From: Alphaproteobacteria bacterium
GTDB taxonomy: Bacteria > Pseudomonadota > Alphaproteobacteria > MPNO01 > UBA830
Length of the DNA stretch: 64,000 nt
NCBI GenBank assembly: GCA_965243135.1
Contig: OZ251539.1
Span: 2,272,001 to 2,336,000 of the forward strand
Direction: 5' to 3'
In this document: piece by piece, positions 51,080 through 61,726 of the stretch
Numbering within the stretch: position 1 is the first letter of the stretch
How the letters are laid out: each line of letters begins with the position of its first letter
Made by a program: the position numbers and the translations under genes
The notes under the pieces: model-generated
Told to the model about the DNA's origin: nothing
The model's input: only the letters and a program-made list of their open reading frames with translations
Database searches by the model: none

Positions 51080-51824
51080 AGCCGGGAGCCGCAGGCGGAC
51101 GAGTTCGACGCCCCGTCCGGACATTTCGGCAGACGGGCACGCGAAAAGCCGACGTTCGCGTCGCAGTGCGCCTCGTCGAAGCACCCGCCGTTTCCCCGGG
51201 ACACTTTCGCTGTCTTCCGTTTTCGCGTCGGCGTCTTCCTGCGGACGCTCTGGCGCCGTTTCCGGCGTCCTGAAACGCCGACGGCGTTCAAAAGCGGAGA
51301 GTCGCCCCGCTTCGGGCCCGGAAACCCGCGGATTTTCCGGCCGGGACAGCGTTTTCCCCGGATGCTGGCCCAAAGCCAGCCCTCCGCCCGGACGCCGCCC
51401 CTGCGGCAAACGGCTGGGCCGGGCAAAAACCCGGTCGCCGCCATGACCGCCGGGATGCATCGGTTTCGAAACGGCGGCATGGTCCGTTCCGTCAGGCGGC
51501 CGGCGGTCAAGTCGACGCCGAACGATGCCTGTTTCCCAAGCATCCTCGTCCGGACTTCGGCAACGCGGATCTCGCGCCGTCGCAGGCGACCGGCCGAGCA
51601 GCAGGTCGCCATGAATCGACGCAGCGCAAACGTCTCCGAAACCAAAGATTCCCGCTAAGGATCCTTGGGAAATATGGGATTCGAGAAAAATTTTTCGTAG
51701 ACTTTTCCGGGTAATTCGGCGCGACTTGCCGAGGGGATTTTCTCATGTCGCGGCGGCTTGTCCACTGGTAACCTCGCCTTCTCGGCGTACCTTCCGGAAA
51801 TGCGGCCGCCTTAGCAGAAACCGC

Positions 51825-51853
51825 TTGACTTACCTAAATTACTTAGCTATCAT
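51825..51853 (+). promoter_or_regulatory. Sigma70-like promoter with overlapping palindrome (possible MarR operator)
   Basis: TTGACT-17 nt-TATCAT; CTAA-ATTAC-TTAG dyad in the spacer. Confidence 0.55.
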
Positions 51854-51883
51854 ATCGTCGAAGAGGTTATCGAGAGAGCGAAC

Positions 51884-52465
51884 ATGAGCGCGCAACCGAA
51901 CGCCCAGACATGGAGCCTTCCGCCGAGCACGTCGCGCCCGGCGTTGCTGGACGCCGGCGGAAACGACGCCGTTTTCCGGCGGCTGGTCTACGATATCCTG
52001 ACGATGGCGGGGAATTTCGACAGAATACGCGAGCGCATGGCCGCGACGCTCGGGCTCACCGGAATCCAGTACCATATCCTGATGGCCGTCGCGGAGGTCG
52101 GGGAAGGAAAGCCGGTGACCGTTTCCGCGATCGCCGACCATCTCCACATAACCGGCTCCTACGTCACCATGGAGAGCCGCAAGCTGGCGCGCATGGGCCT
52201 TCTCGACAAGCTCCGCAATCCCGAAGACAGGAGAAGCGTCCTCCTGTCGCTGACCGACGAAAGCCGGAAGAAGCTAGGGGATTTCGCGCCCCAACTCCGC
52301 GAAATCAACGACGCTCTGTTCTGCGACATAGGGCCGAAGACCTTCCGGCAATTTTGCTACATCGTCGATCACATGCGCCGGACCAGCGCCCGCACCGCCG
52401 ACCTCGCCGAACATCTGGCGCAGTGGGGAACCCCGAAAGAAACGATAACCGCCGTTCGGCGCTGA
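51884..52465 (+). CDS. MarR family transcriptional regulator
   Basis: GLTGIQYHIL, VSAIADHLHI...YVT, NPEDRRSVLLSLT. Confidence 0.88.
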   Translation: MSAQPNAQTWSLPPSTSRPALLDAGGNDAVFRRLVYDILTMAGNFDRIRERMAATLGLTGIQYHILMAVAEVGEGKPVTVSAIADHLHITGSYVTMESRKLARMGLLDKLRNPEDRRSVLLSLTDESRKKLGDFAPQLREINDALFCDIGPKTFRQFCYIVDHMRRTSARTADLAEHLAQWGTPKETITAVRR

Positions 52466-52483
52466 CTGCAAGGAGGAAATCGA

Positions 52484-53968
52484 ATGCTCAAGACCGGAGA
52501 ACAGCATCTCGCTTCGCTGCGCGACGGGCGCAGGGTCTATATCGGCGACGAACTCGTCGACGACGTGACCGCCCACCCGGCGTTCCGCAACGCGGCGCGC
52601 TCGTTCGCGATGATCTACGACCGAAAGCGCGCCCCCGAGAATGTCGACGTCACGGCGTACGAGGCCGAGGACGGCGAGATTTCCTCGACATGGTTCCTGA
52701 AACCGAAGACCAGGGACGACCTGCGCAAGCGCCGCGAGACCCACCGCCGCGTCGCCGAGTGGACCTACGGCATGCTGGGGCGGTCTCCCGATCACGTGGC
52801 GAGCTTCGTCACCGGCCTGACCTTCGGACCGGAACTGTTCGAAGGCAACCGCGAGGGCTTCGGCGCCAATCTCGAAAACTATTACGACGAGATGCGCCGC
52901 AAGGACATCTTCGCCTGCTACACGGTGCTGCCGCCGCAGGGCGCGCGCCAGCCGGAACTCTATCAGCGCGAGGGCCTGAAGGTGCCGACGCTGCAGGTTG
53001 TCGACGAGGACGCCGAAGGCGTAACCCTGAACGGCATGAAGATGCTGGGAACCTCGGCCGTCTTTTCCAACGAGACATGGGTCGGCAACCTGCTGCCGCT
53101 CGGGAAGGACCAGGCGGCGGAGAGCGTGACCTGCGCGGTGCCGCTGAACGCGCCGGGCGTCGCGATCTGGACCCGCAAGCCCTACGAGCGCTTCGCCATA
53201 TCCGAGTTCGACGCGCCGTTCGCGTGGCGGTTCGACGAAACGGATTCGATGGTGATCTTCGAAGAGGTGAAGGTGCCGTGGGAACGCGTGTTCACCCACA
53301 ACGACGCGCCGCTGTCGCGCGACATCTACTTCAAGACGCCGAGCCACGTCATGGGCAACCACCAGTCCAACGTGCGGTTTCACGAAAAGCTGAAGCTCAT
53401 CCTCGGGATCGCCCGCAAATCCGCGGAGCTCAACAACGTGATACACGTGCCGGGCGTTCAGGACACGCTGGGTCGCCTCGCCGCGGCCGAAGCCGGGCTC
53501 GGCGGCATGATCGCGGGCCAGATCGAGGAAGCCGAAGAAACGGATTGCGGCCATCTGTTCGCCAACCGCCGCCACATGTACGCGGCCCTCCACTGGTGCA
53601 CGCAGAACTACGCAACGATCTGCGAGACCGTGCGCGACCTGATGGGCGGCGGTCCGTTCCAGATGCCGGCGGACGTATCCGTGATCAACGACCCGGCCCT
53701 CAGAGAACAGTTCGACACCTACTGGTCCGTGCCGGGACAGTCCGCGATCGAGCGCATGAAGTTCCTGAAAATGGGATGGGACCTGCTCGGCAGCGACTTC
53801 GCGGGCCGGCACCAGCAATACGAACGGTTCTACGCGGGGCCGGCGTTCATCAACACGCTCTACAACTTCTTCAATTGTCCGTGGGACGAACTGGCCGGCG
53901 TCGCGGACCGCGTGCTTGCGGGCTACGACGTCCCGGAGACGGTGCGCCGACCCGTCGCCGCGGAGTAG
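52484..53968 (+). CDS. 4-hydroxyphenylacetate 3-hydroxylase (HpaB-like) flavin-dependent monooxygenase
   Basis: SLRDGRRVYI.GE.VDDVT.HPAF, GRSPDH, RFDETD, VPWERVF, GRHQQYERFYAG. Confidence 0.9.
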   Translation: MLKTGEQHLASLRDGRRVYIGDELVDDVTAHPAFRNAARSFAMIYDRKRAPENVDVTAYEAEDGEISSTWFLKPKTRDDLRKRRETHRRVAEWTYGMLGRSPDHVASFVTGLTFGPELFEGNREGFGANLENYYDEMRRKDIFACYTVLPPQGARQPELYQREGLKVPTLQVVDEDAEGVTLNGMKMLGTSAVFSNETWVGNLLPLGKDQAAESVTCAVPLNAPGVAIWTRKPYERFAISEFDAPFAWRFDETDSMVIFEEVKVPWERVFTHNDAPLSRDIYFKTPSHVMGNHQSNVRFHEKLKLILGIARKSAELNNVIHVPGVQDTLGRLAAAEAGLGGMIAGQIEEAEETDCGHLFANRRHMYAALHWCTQNYATICETVRDLMGGGPFQMPADVSVINDPALREQFDTYWSVPGQSAIERMKFLKMGWDLLGSDFAGRHQQYERFYAGPAFINTLYNFFNCPWDELAGVADRVLAGYDVPETVRRPVAAE

Positions 53969-53993
53969 CGGGCCGGGGAACTCCCGGCCGCCG

Positions 53994-54536
53994 TCAGACC
54001 CGGTGACGCGCGAGGAACATTATCTGCGCCATCAGGAAGGCGAACGTCATGCCCGCGATGCCGAACACCTTGAACGTCACCCAGAAATCGGTCGACTGGG
54101 TTCGCCAGACGAGCTCGTTGAGCGCCGCCATGGCGAGGAAGAAGCCGGCGCAGTTTCGCGTCAGTTTGCGCCAGCCGGCGTCGTCCATGGCGACGGCAGC
54201 GCCGATGACGGGCTTGAGAAGAGGCTTGCCGAACAGCAATCCGCCGTAAAGGACGGCCGCGATCAGGCCCTGGGCGACGGTCGGCTTCATCTTGATGAAG
54301 GTCTCGTCGTCGAAAGCCAGCGTCAGTCCCCCGAATACGGCGACCAGGCCCGCCGTGACGAGGGGCATGACGGGAACGCGCCGGTTAACGGCCAGCGACA
54401 ACCCCAGAGCGGCGAGGGTGGCGGCCAGCAACGCGGCGGTCGCCGTAAGCAGATCCCAGCCGAAATAGACGGCGAAGAACGCGGCCAGCGGCAAATAGTC
54501 CGTGACCGGCTTCACCCAAGGTTTTTCGTCCCGCAT
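53994..54536 (-). CDS. yciB: Inner membrane protein YciB / intracellular septation protein A
   Basis: DYLPL..FF, VFGGLTL..DDETFIKMKPT, NELVWR...DFWVTFKVFG. Confidence 0.9.
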   Translation of the reverse strand: MRDEKPWVKPVTDYLPLAAFFAVYFGWDLLTATAALLAATLAALGLSLAVNRRVPVMPLVTAGLVAVFGGLTLAFDDETFIKMKPTVAQGLIAAVLYGGLLFGKPLLKPVIGAAVAMDDAGWRKLTRNCAGFFLAMAALNELVWRTQSTDFWVTFKVFGIAGMTFAFLMAQIMFLARHRV

Positions 54537-54702
54537 GCCCCCTCCTAACACGCCGCCGCGCCGCTTGCCATGCGGGCCGGCGCCGCAGGTTCCTTCCCGA
54601 CGGCGCGCGGCCGCGCGAATCCCCGCGCAACGGGGAGGCGACTTCCGCGAGGCGGACCCGCCCTTCGGCGTCCGCCGATTCGCGCGGCCGGCAGCCGCAG
54701 CC

Positions 54703-55122
54703 TCACTCCGCGAGGCGTTCGCGCACCGCCGCCGGCAGATCGACGGCGCGAATTCCCCGAGGCGACTGCGGATCCTTTTTCACCATGACCCGGCGTTCGA
54801 AGCCTTCCAGCATCTCTGCGCCCTCCTCGCTCTCGATCCGGTGCCTGACGACGAACGTCTTGCCGGAAATCCCGTCCATCCAGCTCGTCATCCGAACCCG
54901 CGCGCCGAGCCTGCAGGGGTTCTTGTATTTCGCTCCCGTTTCGAGAAGCGGCATGCCGGAAATGCCGAATTCTTCCGCCAGTTCGCCGTAGGAGAGGCCC
55001 ACCGAGGCGAACAGGCGCTCCGTGCCCTGATCGAACCACGCGTAATAGTGGGGATAGAAAACGATGCCCGCGGCGTCGCAATGGGCCCACTCGATTCCGA
55101 ACGCGTCGACGTGCTTCTTCAC
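54703..55122 (-). CDS. Acyl-CoA thioesterase (4HBT/hotdog fold)
   Basis: WAHCDAAGIVFYPHYYAWFD motif; GGAGG RBS before GTG 55122. Confidence 0.85.
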   Translation of the reverse strand: MKKHVDAFGIEWAHCDAAGIVFYPHYYAWFDQGTERLFASVGLSYGELAEEFGISGMPLLETGAKYKNPCRLGARVRMTSWMDGISGKTFVVRHRIESEEGAEMLEGFERRVMVKKDPQSPRGIRAVDLPAAVRERLAE

Positions 55123-55232
55123 GAATGCCTCCAACCTGTCCTCGCCGCGCGAACCTGCCGGCGACGGCTTTGCCTTTCCCGCGGAATGGCCCTATCTTGC
55201 CGTTTGGCGTCATCATTGGGCGGATCTCGACC

Positions 55233-56048
55233 ATGTTCATCCAGACAGAAGAGACGGCAAATCCCGAAATGGTTCGCTTCCTGCCGGGCCGCGACGTGCT
55301 GCCCGGCCGAACCCTCGACTTCGCGTCGGCCGCGGAGGCGGCGGACGCGCCGCTGGCGCGGCGGTTGTTCGCGCTCGACTCCGTGGCGCGCGTCGCGCTC
55401 GGAGCGAAGGACATCCGGGTGACCAAGGCGCCGGATGCCGAATGGCACGTGCTGCGTCCGCAGGTTCTCGCCGCGATCATGGATCATTTCATGTCGGGCG
55501 AGCCGGTCGTCGAGGAACGCCTCGTCTCCGACGGCGGAGAGGAGGAACTTTCCGGCCCGGCGGCCGAAATCAGGGAAATCGTCGACACGCGAATCCGCCC
55601 GGCCGCCAGGGACGGCGGCGGCGACGTCGCGTTCGGAGCGTTCCGGGACAGCATCGCTTATCTGCGGTTCGAGGGTTCCGCCTACGGACTCATGCAACCG
55701 ATCCGGAACATGCTTCAGCATTACGTTCCCGAAGTGACGGACGTGCGCGACGCCATCGAACTCGAGGACCGGCCCGGCCTGGGCACGGAAGAGGGCAAGG
55801 CGATTCTTGCGCTGCTCGACGAGCGCATCAATCCGCAGGTCGCGGCGCATGGCGGCCACATCTCGCTGATCGACGTCCGCGACCGCACGGCCTTCGTCCG
55901 CCTCGAAGGCGGTTGCCAGGGATGCGCGGCCTCTTCCGCGACGCTCCGCCAAGGCGTGGAAATCGAAATCAAGAAGCTGATTCCTTCCATCGCGCACGTG
56001 GTCGACGTAACGGATCATTCGGCGGGAACCAATCCGTATTACTCGTAG
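55233..56048 (+). CDS. Nfu/NifU family Fe-S carrier (Nfu N-domain + two NifU-C domains)
   Basis: MFIQTEETANPE..RFLPG; IRPAARDGGGD; INPQVAAHGG...LEGGCQGC....TLRQGVE; DVTDH.AG.NPYY. Confidence 0.85.
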   Translation: MFIQTEETANPEMVRFLPGRDVLPGRTLDFASAAEAADAPLARRLFALDSVARVALGAKDIRVTKAPDAEWHVLRPQVLAAIMDHFMSGEPVVEERLVSDGGEEELSGPAAEIREIVDTRIRPAARDGGGDVAFGAFRDSIAYLRFEGSAYGLMQPIRNMLQHYVPEVTDVRDAIELEDRPGLGTEEGKAILALLDERINPQVAAHGGHISLIDVRDRTAFVRLEGGCQGCAASSATLRQGVEIEIKKLIPSIAHVVDVTDHSAGTNPYYS

Positions 56049-58381
56049 GCGCGGCGTTTCGCGGCGTCGCGAAGCATGTCCACGATCATGTCCGGCGTCG
56101 CGGGCGCGGCGGCGAGTTTCACCTTCCACGGCGACAAGGCGTCTTCGATCGCCGCCAGAACGGCGGCGGCGGCGGGTATCGTCCCCCCCTCGCCCGCGCC
56201 CTTGACCCCGAGCGGATTGATCGGCGTCGGCGATTCCACGTGCACGACCTCGACGGAGGGAGTCCCGGGAGCCGACGGCAGCAGATACTCGGCCAGATTC
56301 GTCGAGACCGGGTTGGCGTTTTCGTCGTAGACCATCCGCTCGAGAAGCGCGTTCCCCAAGCCGTGGGCGACGGCGCCTCGAACCTGGCCGTCGACGACGA
56401 AAGGATTGATCAGCGTGCCCGAATCGTGCGCCATGACGTAGTTCAGGATCGCGACGTTCCCGGTCGCGGGATCGACCTCCACCTCGGCGACCGCGACGCC
56501 GTTGCAATAGGAGGATTGCGACGGGGAAAAGTAACGCGTCGCCTCGAGTCCCGGCTCGACGCCGCCAGGCAGAGAGAAACCCGGCATGCCCTGAACCGCG
56601 CGCGCGATCTCGGCGAGGCCGACCGACAGGTCGGAACCCGCGACCGCCACGCGGCCGTTTTCGATCTCGAGGTCTTCTTCCGCCGCCTCCAGCATGTGCG
56701 CGGCGACCCTGATCGCCTTCTCGCGAACCTCGGTCGCCGCGAGATGCACGGACGAGCCGGCGTTCACGGCGATGCGGCTGGCGAACGTGCCGACCCCGGC
56801 CGCGATCTTGCCGGTGTCCCCTTTCTGGACGTCGACGTCTTCTATCCCGACGCCGAACTTGTCCGCGCAGACCTGCGCGAGGGTCGTCCAGTGGCCCTGT
56901 CCCGAGTCGCCGCCTCCGGTGTAGACGCAGATCCGCCCCGACGGCTGGATGCGAACGGTCGCTCCCTCGAACGGTCCCAGGCCCGTCCCTTCGACGTAGT
57001 TGGCGACGCCGATCCCGACATGGCGTCCTTCCGCGCGAGCGGCTTCCCGGCGCGCCGCGAAGCCGTCGTAATCGGCGAGGCGCAGCGCTTCGGCCTGGCA
57101 TTTGGGGTAGTCGCCGGAATCGTAGCTCATCGGCTTGCCGTCGCGGAAGACGAGCCCGATCGAGTAGGGCATCCTGTCCGGCGGAATGAAGTTGCGGCGA
57201 CGGATTTCGGCGCGGTCGAGTCCGAGCCCGGCGGCGGCGCGGTCGAGCAGGCGCTCCATGACGAACACGGCTTGCGGACGTCCCGCCCCCCGCACCGGCG
57301 TGACCGCCACCTTGTTGGTCAGGGCGACGCGGACGTCGAGCCGGTAAGCCGGCAGGACATAGGGGCCGGGAAGCGTGGTCGCCGAAATATAGGGAGAAAT
57401 GATCCCCCAGGGCATGTACGCGCCCGTGTCGTGAATCATGCCGCCGCGGACGGCCAGCAGCCTGCCGTCGACGTCGACCGCGACCTCCATGTCCCAGTAC
57501 TGGTCGCGCTCCATGTTCGTGGCCAGAAAATTCTCGCGCCGGTCTTCGACCCACTTGACCGGCCTGCCGAGCTCCTTCGCGACCAGCGGGATCAGCGCCT
57601 CTTCCGGGTAATAGATCGTCTTGGGCCCGAAACCGCCGCCGACGTCCGGCGCGATCACCCGCACGCGGTCCGCTTCCCAGCCCAGCATGTCGACCACGTT
57701 TTGCTTGACCAGAAAGGGCGACTGGGTGGCGGACCAGATGGTGGTCATGTCCTGCAATTCGTCGTGCTCGGCGACGACGGCCCGGTTCTCGATCGCGAAG
57801 CCGCCGCCGCGATGAATTCGGAATTCCTCGCGCCAGACGAAATGCGCCCCGGCGAAGGCCGCCTCCACGTCGCCGTAGCCGACGGCGAACCGGGCGGCCT
57901 CGTTGCCGTCCGACGCGCCATGCGCGGCGGGGGCGCCGTCGGCAAGCGCCTCCTTGCAGTCGGACGCGCCCGGCAGAACGTCGTAATCGACAGCCACCAG
58001 GGCAGCCGCATCTTCCGCGGCATAGCGCGTCGCGGCGACGACGAGCGCGACCGGCTCTCCCGCGAAACAAACCTCGCGATCCTCGAGCAAGCGCTGCTGA
58101 AACGGTTGCGAGATCGCCGGATTGGGGACCTGGAAAGGGATCGTCGCCCGGCGCAGGCGATCCGGAAGGTCGGCCGCGGCGTAGACCGCGGCCACGTCCG
58201 GCGCGGCGAGCGCCGCAGTCTTGTCGACGGAATTTATCCTGGCGTGGCTATGCGGGGACCGGACAAAGGCGGCTTCCAGCATGCCGGGCAGATGGATATC
58301 GTCCGTGTAGCGGCCCCGCCCCGCCAACAGGCAAGGATCTTCGAGGCGCGCCACGCGCGCGCCGAACATCCGGGCGCCCAT
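56039..58381 (-). CDS. CoxL-like molybdopterin-binding large subunit
   Basis: RLEDPCLLAGRGRYTDD, GGGFGPK, VRGAGRPQ, NPLGVKGAGEGG. Confidence 0.92.
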   Translation of the reverse strand: MGARMFGARVARLEDPCLLAGRGRYTDDIHLPGMLEAAFVRSPHSHARINSVDKTAALAAPDVAAVYAAADLPDRLRRATIPFQVPNPAISQPFQQRLLEDREVCFAGEPVALVVAATRYAAEDAAALVAVDYDVLPGASDCKEALADGAPAAHGASDGNEAARFAVGYGDVEAAFAGAHFVWREEFRIHRGGGFAIENRAVVAEHDELQDMTTIWSATQSPFLVKQNVVDMLGWEADRVRVIAPDVGGGFGPKTIYYPEEALIPLVAKELGRPVKWVEDRRENFLATNMERDQYWDMEVAVDVDGRLLAVRGGMIHDTGAYMPWGIISPYISATTLPGPYVLPAYRLDVRVALTNKVAVTPVRGAGRPQAVFVMERLLDRAAAGLGLDRAEIRRRNFIPPDRMPYSIGLVFRDGKPMSYDSGDYPKCQAEALRLADYDGFAARREAARAEGRHVGIGVANYVEGTGLGPFEGATVRIQPSGRICVYTGGGDSGQGHWTTLAQVCADKFGVGIEDVDVQKGDTGKIAAGVGTFASRIAVNAGSSVHLAATEVREKAIRVAAHMLEAAEEDLEIENGRVAVAGSDLSVGLAEIARAVQGMPGFSLPGGVEPGLEATRYFSPSQSSYCNGVAVAEVEVDPATGNVAILNYVMAHDSGTLINPFVVDGQVRGAVAHGLGNALLERMVYDENANPVSTNLAEYLLPSAPGTPSVEVVHVESPTPINPLGVKGAGEGGTIPAAAAVLAAIEDALSPWKVKLAAAPATPDMIVDMLRDAAKRRAYE

Positions 58382-58461
58382 TCACCTTTCTCCCGGTAGA
58401 GGCGCGACCGCCAGCCCGCGCCGCCGCTTCCGGCATGGCGGCCTCCCCGCAGGGAAGGCCA

Positions 58462-58944
58462 TCAGCCGGCTCGGAGACGCTGCGCCGCATCAAGCGCCGC
58501 GTCGACGATCCCTTGATATCCGGTGCACCGGCACAGATTGCCGCTGATCGCCTCGCGCACTTCCCGCTCCGTAGGATCGGGGTTGTCCCGGAGGAACTCG
58601 AGCAGGGTCGTCAGCATTCCCGGCGTGCAGAAACCGCATTGAAGGCCGTGATTGTCCTGAAACGCCTGCTGCAGGGGATGCAGTTCCTCTTCATTGGGCG
58701 CAATGCCCTCGACGGTCATGATCTCGCGGCCGTTCGCCTGCACCGCCAGCATGAGGCAGGAACGCGCGGTCCTGCCTTCGAGCAGAATCGTGCAGGCACC
58801 GCAGACCCCGTGTTCGCAGCCGACGTGAGTGCCGGTCAGCAGCGCCTCGTGCCGGATGAAATCGGCCAGGGTCAACCGGGTCTCGATCTCGCGCTCGTAG
58901 ATCTCGCCGTTGATGGTAACGGCGATCGTTCTGCGGTCGCTCAT
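58462..58944 (-). CDS. CoxS-like 2Fe-2S subunit
   Basis: GCEHGVCGACT, QCGFCTPG, GNLCRCTGY. Confidence 0.93.
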   Translation of the reverse strand: MSDRRTIAVTINGEIYEREIETRLTLADFIRHEALLTGTHVGCEHGVCGACTILLEGRTARSCLMLAVQANGREIMTVEGIAPNEEELHPLQQAFQDNHGLQCGFCTPGMLTTLLEFLRDNPDPTEREVREAISGNLCRCTGYQGIVDAALDAAQRLRAG

Positions 58945-59825
58945 CTGAGGGTCATCTCCGTTCCGTTTTCGGCCCTGGAAAACGCCCGGGCCAACGCGCG
59001 GCGCGTAAGCACGACGGCGAGATGCTGCCGATACCATGCGGGCGCGTACACGTCCTCCATGGCGTCGATTTCCCGGCACGTCTCCGCGATCTCCGCGAAC
59101 AGCTCGGCCGTCCCGACCTGCCCTGCGAGTCCCTCTTCGACCGCCGCCGCGCGCAGGGGCGCGGGGCCGACTCCGCCGACGGCGACGCTGGCGCGCCCGA
59201 TTCGCCCGCCGGCCCCGACGTCGAGCAGCACGGCCGACGAGGCGATCGCGAAATCGCCGTGCCGCCTCGCGAACTCCTCGAACGCGTAGCCGTGACCTTC
59301 GGGCCATGTCGGGACGCGTACGCCCGTCACCATCTCTTCCGGTTCGATCGACGGGGTCATGTAGCCCAGCGGAAAGTCCCGCATCGAAACGTCCCGTTCG
59401 CCGCCCTTCTTCCTTACGGCGACGACGGCGTCATGCGCCATGCACACGCTCGGCAACTCGGCGCTCGGATCGAGATGCGCCAGCGAACCGCCGAACGTGC
59501 CGCGATTGCGGGTCTGGCGGTGGCCGACGTTGAGGATCGCCTCCTTCATCAGCGGGCAACGGCGGGCGACCAATTCCGAATACTCGATATCGCGCTGACG
59601 GGTCATGCCCCCGAACAGCAAGGCGTCGGCTTCTTCGCGGATATAGGACAGGTCGTCGATCAGGTTGAGATCGATGACGTGATCGGGCAGCACGAAGCGC
59701 ATGTTCAGCATCGGCATCAACGATTGTCCGCCGGCCAGCAACTTGGCGTTGTCTTTTTCGGACAGCAGCGAGAGAGCCTCCTCGACGCTGCGGGGATCGT
59801 GATAGGCGAACGGCGGCGGTTTCAT
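58941..59825 (-). CDS. CoxM-like FAD-binding subunit
   Basis: MKPPPFAY, LAGGQSLMPMLNMR, RNRGTFGGSLAH.DP.AE, RRHGDFA. Confidence 0.93.
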   Translation of the reverse strand: MKPPPFAYHDPRSVEEALSLLSEKDNAKLLAGGQSLMPMLNMRFVLPDHVIDLNLIDDLSYIREEADALLFGGMTRQRDIEYSELVARRCPLMKEAILNVGHRQTRNRGTFGGSLAHLDPSAELPSVCMAHDAVVAVRKKGGERDVSMRDFPLGYMTPSIEPEEMVTGVRVPTWPEGHGYAFEEFARRHGDFAIASSAVLLDVGAGGRIGRASVAVGGVGPAPLRAAAVEEGLAGQVGTAELFAEIAETCREIDAMEDVYAPAWYRQHLAVVLTRRALARAFSRAENGTEMTLR

Positions 59826-60100
59826 GTCACGCCCAGAACGCGGAACGGGCGGCGGGGCCGGAAACGCCGGCGGCGCAGCGGAACGGGCGCAATGCCGACG
59901 ACGAAAGACAAGCGCGGGCGGGCCGAAGGTTCAGGTTCCGGCGCGCGTCCGAACGCGCGTTCGCGGCAAACCTCCGCCGACGGGAACGCCCCGCCGGCGC
60001 GGTCGATCGTTCTCCCAAGGCATGGCGCGCGCAGTGCGTCGCCTGCAAGGAAAGCATGGTGTTCAGCCTGCGACATATCCTCTCCGCAAACGGGCTTGTA

Positions 60101-61123
60101 TCAACCAGCGGCCTCGGCGGCAAGCCGCTCGGCCACCATCCGCCGGGCCTGCAGCCCCGGCGCGTCGCTGTTGATGTCGATGAAACCGGCCCCGCCCCGC
60201 TGGAGCATCTCTTGCTGACGAGCGATGACTTCGACGTCCTCTTCGAAGGTGGCGCGCGCGCCCTTTTCCAGAAGCGACGTGAGTTCGCCGTCGTCGGATC
60301 TGAAGTTCCTGGCGTACGCCCAGAAATAATGGGTCGAGCGGTCGGTCTCGGGAGTGATGCCGTGGAGCGAACGGATCTCGATGCCCTGCGAGCGGTCGCC
60401 TTCCCAGGCGCCGCTGCCGACGCGCGCGCATCCGATGTCGATGGCGATGCTCGACGGCGCGGTATACCGGCAGTTCATCCAGCGGTCGACGTTTCCGCCG
60501 AAACCGCCGTAAGCCGTATCGAAGAGCGGCGGCGGCGGCGAATCGGGAATGCGGCGACTTACCGTCAGGCCGTCGTCGAGTTTCTCCACCTCCGACGGCG
60601 CGGCGGCGATTGCGTCCGTCCCGATGGTGCGGCCGTGCACGAACTGCAGGTGGGAAAAATCGAGCAGATTGTCGACCAGCAACTGATAATGAGCCTCGAG
60701 GTGAAACTGTCCGGTCGGCGCGACCCAGCCGGGCGCGTCCAGCCAGTGGAAATCCGGCATGGACGCTTCGTTCGCGAGGTCGGGATCTCCCATCCAGACC
60801 CAGATCCACCGATATCGTTCGACGGCCGGGTAGGAACGAACCTGCGCTCCCTCGGGAATTCCGGCCTGACCGGGAATCCGGACGCAATTTCCCGCCGCGT
60901 CAAACTCCAGTCCATGATAGCCGCACTGCAGGGTCTCTCCGATCACGCGACCGAGAGACAGAGGCAGGCCGCGATGACAGCAGCGGTCCTCAAGAGCGAC
61001 GGGCTGTCCGTCCGGCCGTCGCCAGAGGACGACAGGGGTTCCGAGAAGGGTGCGAGCGAGAGGCGCTTCGTCCGGGAGTTCGTCGGCCCAGGCGGCGATA
61101 TACCAAGAGTTCCTGACGAACAT
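60101..61123 (-). CDS. Rieske non-heme iron oxygenase alpha subunit (VanA-like)
   Basis: RNSWY, DRCCHRGLPLS, CGYHG, DNLLDFSHLQFVH, TPET...THYFW, F.ED. Confidence 0.92.
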   Translation of the reverse strand: MFVRNSWYIAAWADELPDEAPLARTLLGTPVVLWRRPDGQPVALEDRCCHRGLPLSLGRVIGETLQCGYHGLEFDAAGNCVRIPGQAGIPEGAQVRSYPAVERYRWIWVWMGDPDLANEASMPDFHWLDAPGWVAPTGQFHLEAHYQLLVDNLLDFSHLQFVHGRTIGTDAIAAAPSEVEKLDDGLTVSRRIPDSPPPPLFDTAYGGFGGNVDRWMNCRYTAPSSIAIDIGCARVGSGAWEGDRSQGIEIRSLHGITPETDRSTHYFWAYARNFRSDDGELTSLLEKGARATFEEDVEVIARQQEMLQRGGAGFIDINSDAPGLQARRMVAERLAAEAAG

Positions 61124-61726
61124 CGAGGTCACCTCGCCGTCGTTCGCCGGCGGCGCGCGCCTTTCCGCCGACCGGGCCGTCTCCTGACAAGGCGGGAAAA
61201 GCGTCGATCGGCTTCTCCGGAATCGACGATCGCTTCGCGACGCGATCGGCCGGGTCGTCGATGCAAGTCCGCCGGCCCGTTCGCATCTTCGCGATTCCCG
61301 ACGCGACCGCCGCTGCGGCCTGGACGCCATCGCCCGTCGCAGCGCACGGCCCGCTTCCGCAAGCGCGAGAACAGCGCGACAGGCAGGGGAGGCCCGACTG
61401 CGCCCGCCAGCGAGGCAGCTCGGAGAAAGACGGGAGCGATTTCGCGGCCGAAAAACTCGAAAACGGCTCTCCCCCTGCGGCCGGGCCTGCCGACGGAGCC
61501 GCGAGTTCGGCGGCATTCACGGCCTACGCGCATCGCCAAATTCCGGCAAACATCCGCCCCCCTCACTCTCATCGCGAAATCGCCCGCGTCATCGCCGAAT
61601 CGTCGATCTCCCTTGGGCTGCGCCGACAACCGGACGCAAAGCCGCTCGGGCCTTCGTCGCTTGCCGACGGCAAGGCGACGTAAGGTATTGCCCGCGAGCG
61701 GCGCTGTAAAGCGACCGCCTGTCGAG

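Noticed and set aside
56039-59825. Form I aerobic CO dehydrogenase
   Set aside because: The large subunit lacks the AYxCSFR loop (has VRGAGRPQ), so it is only CoxL-like
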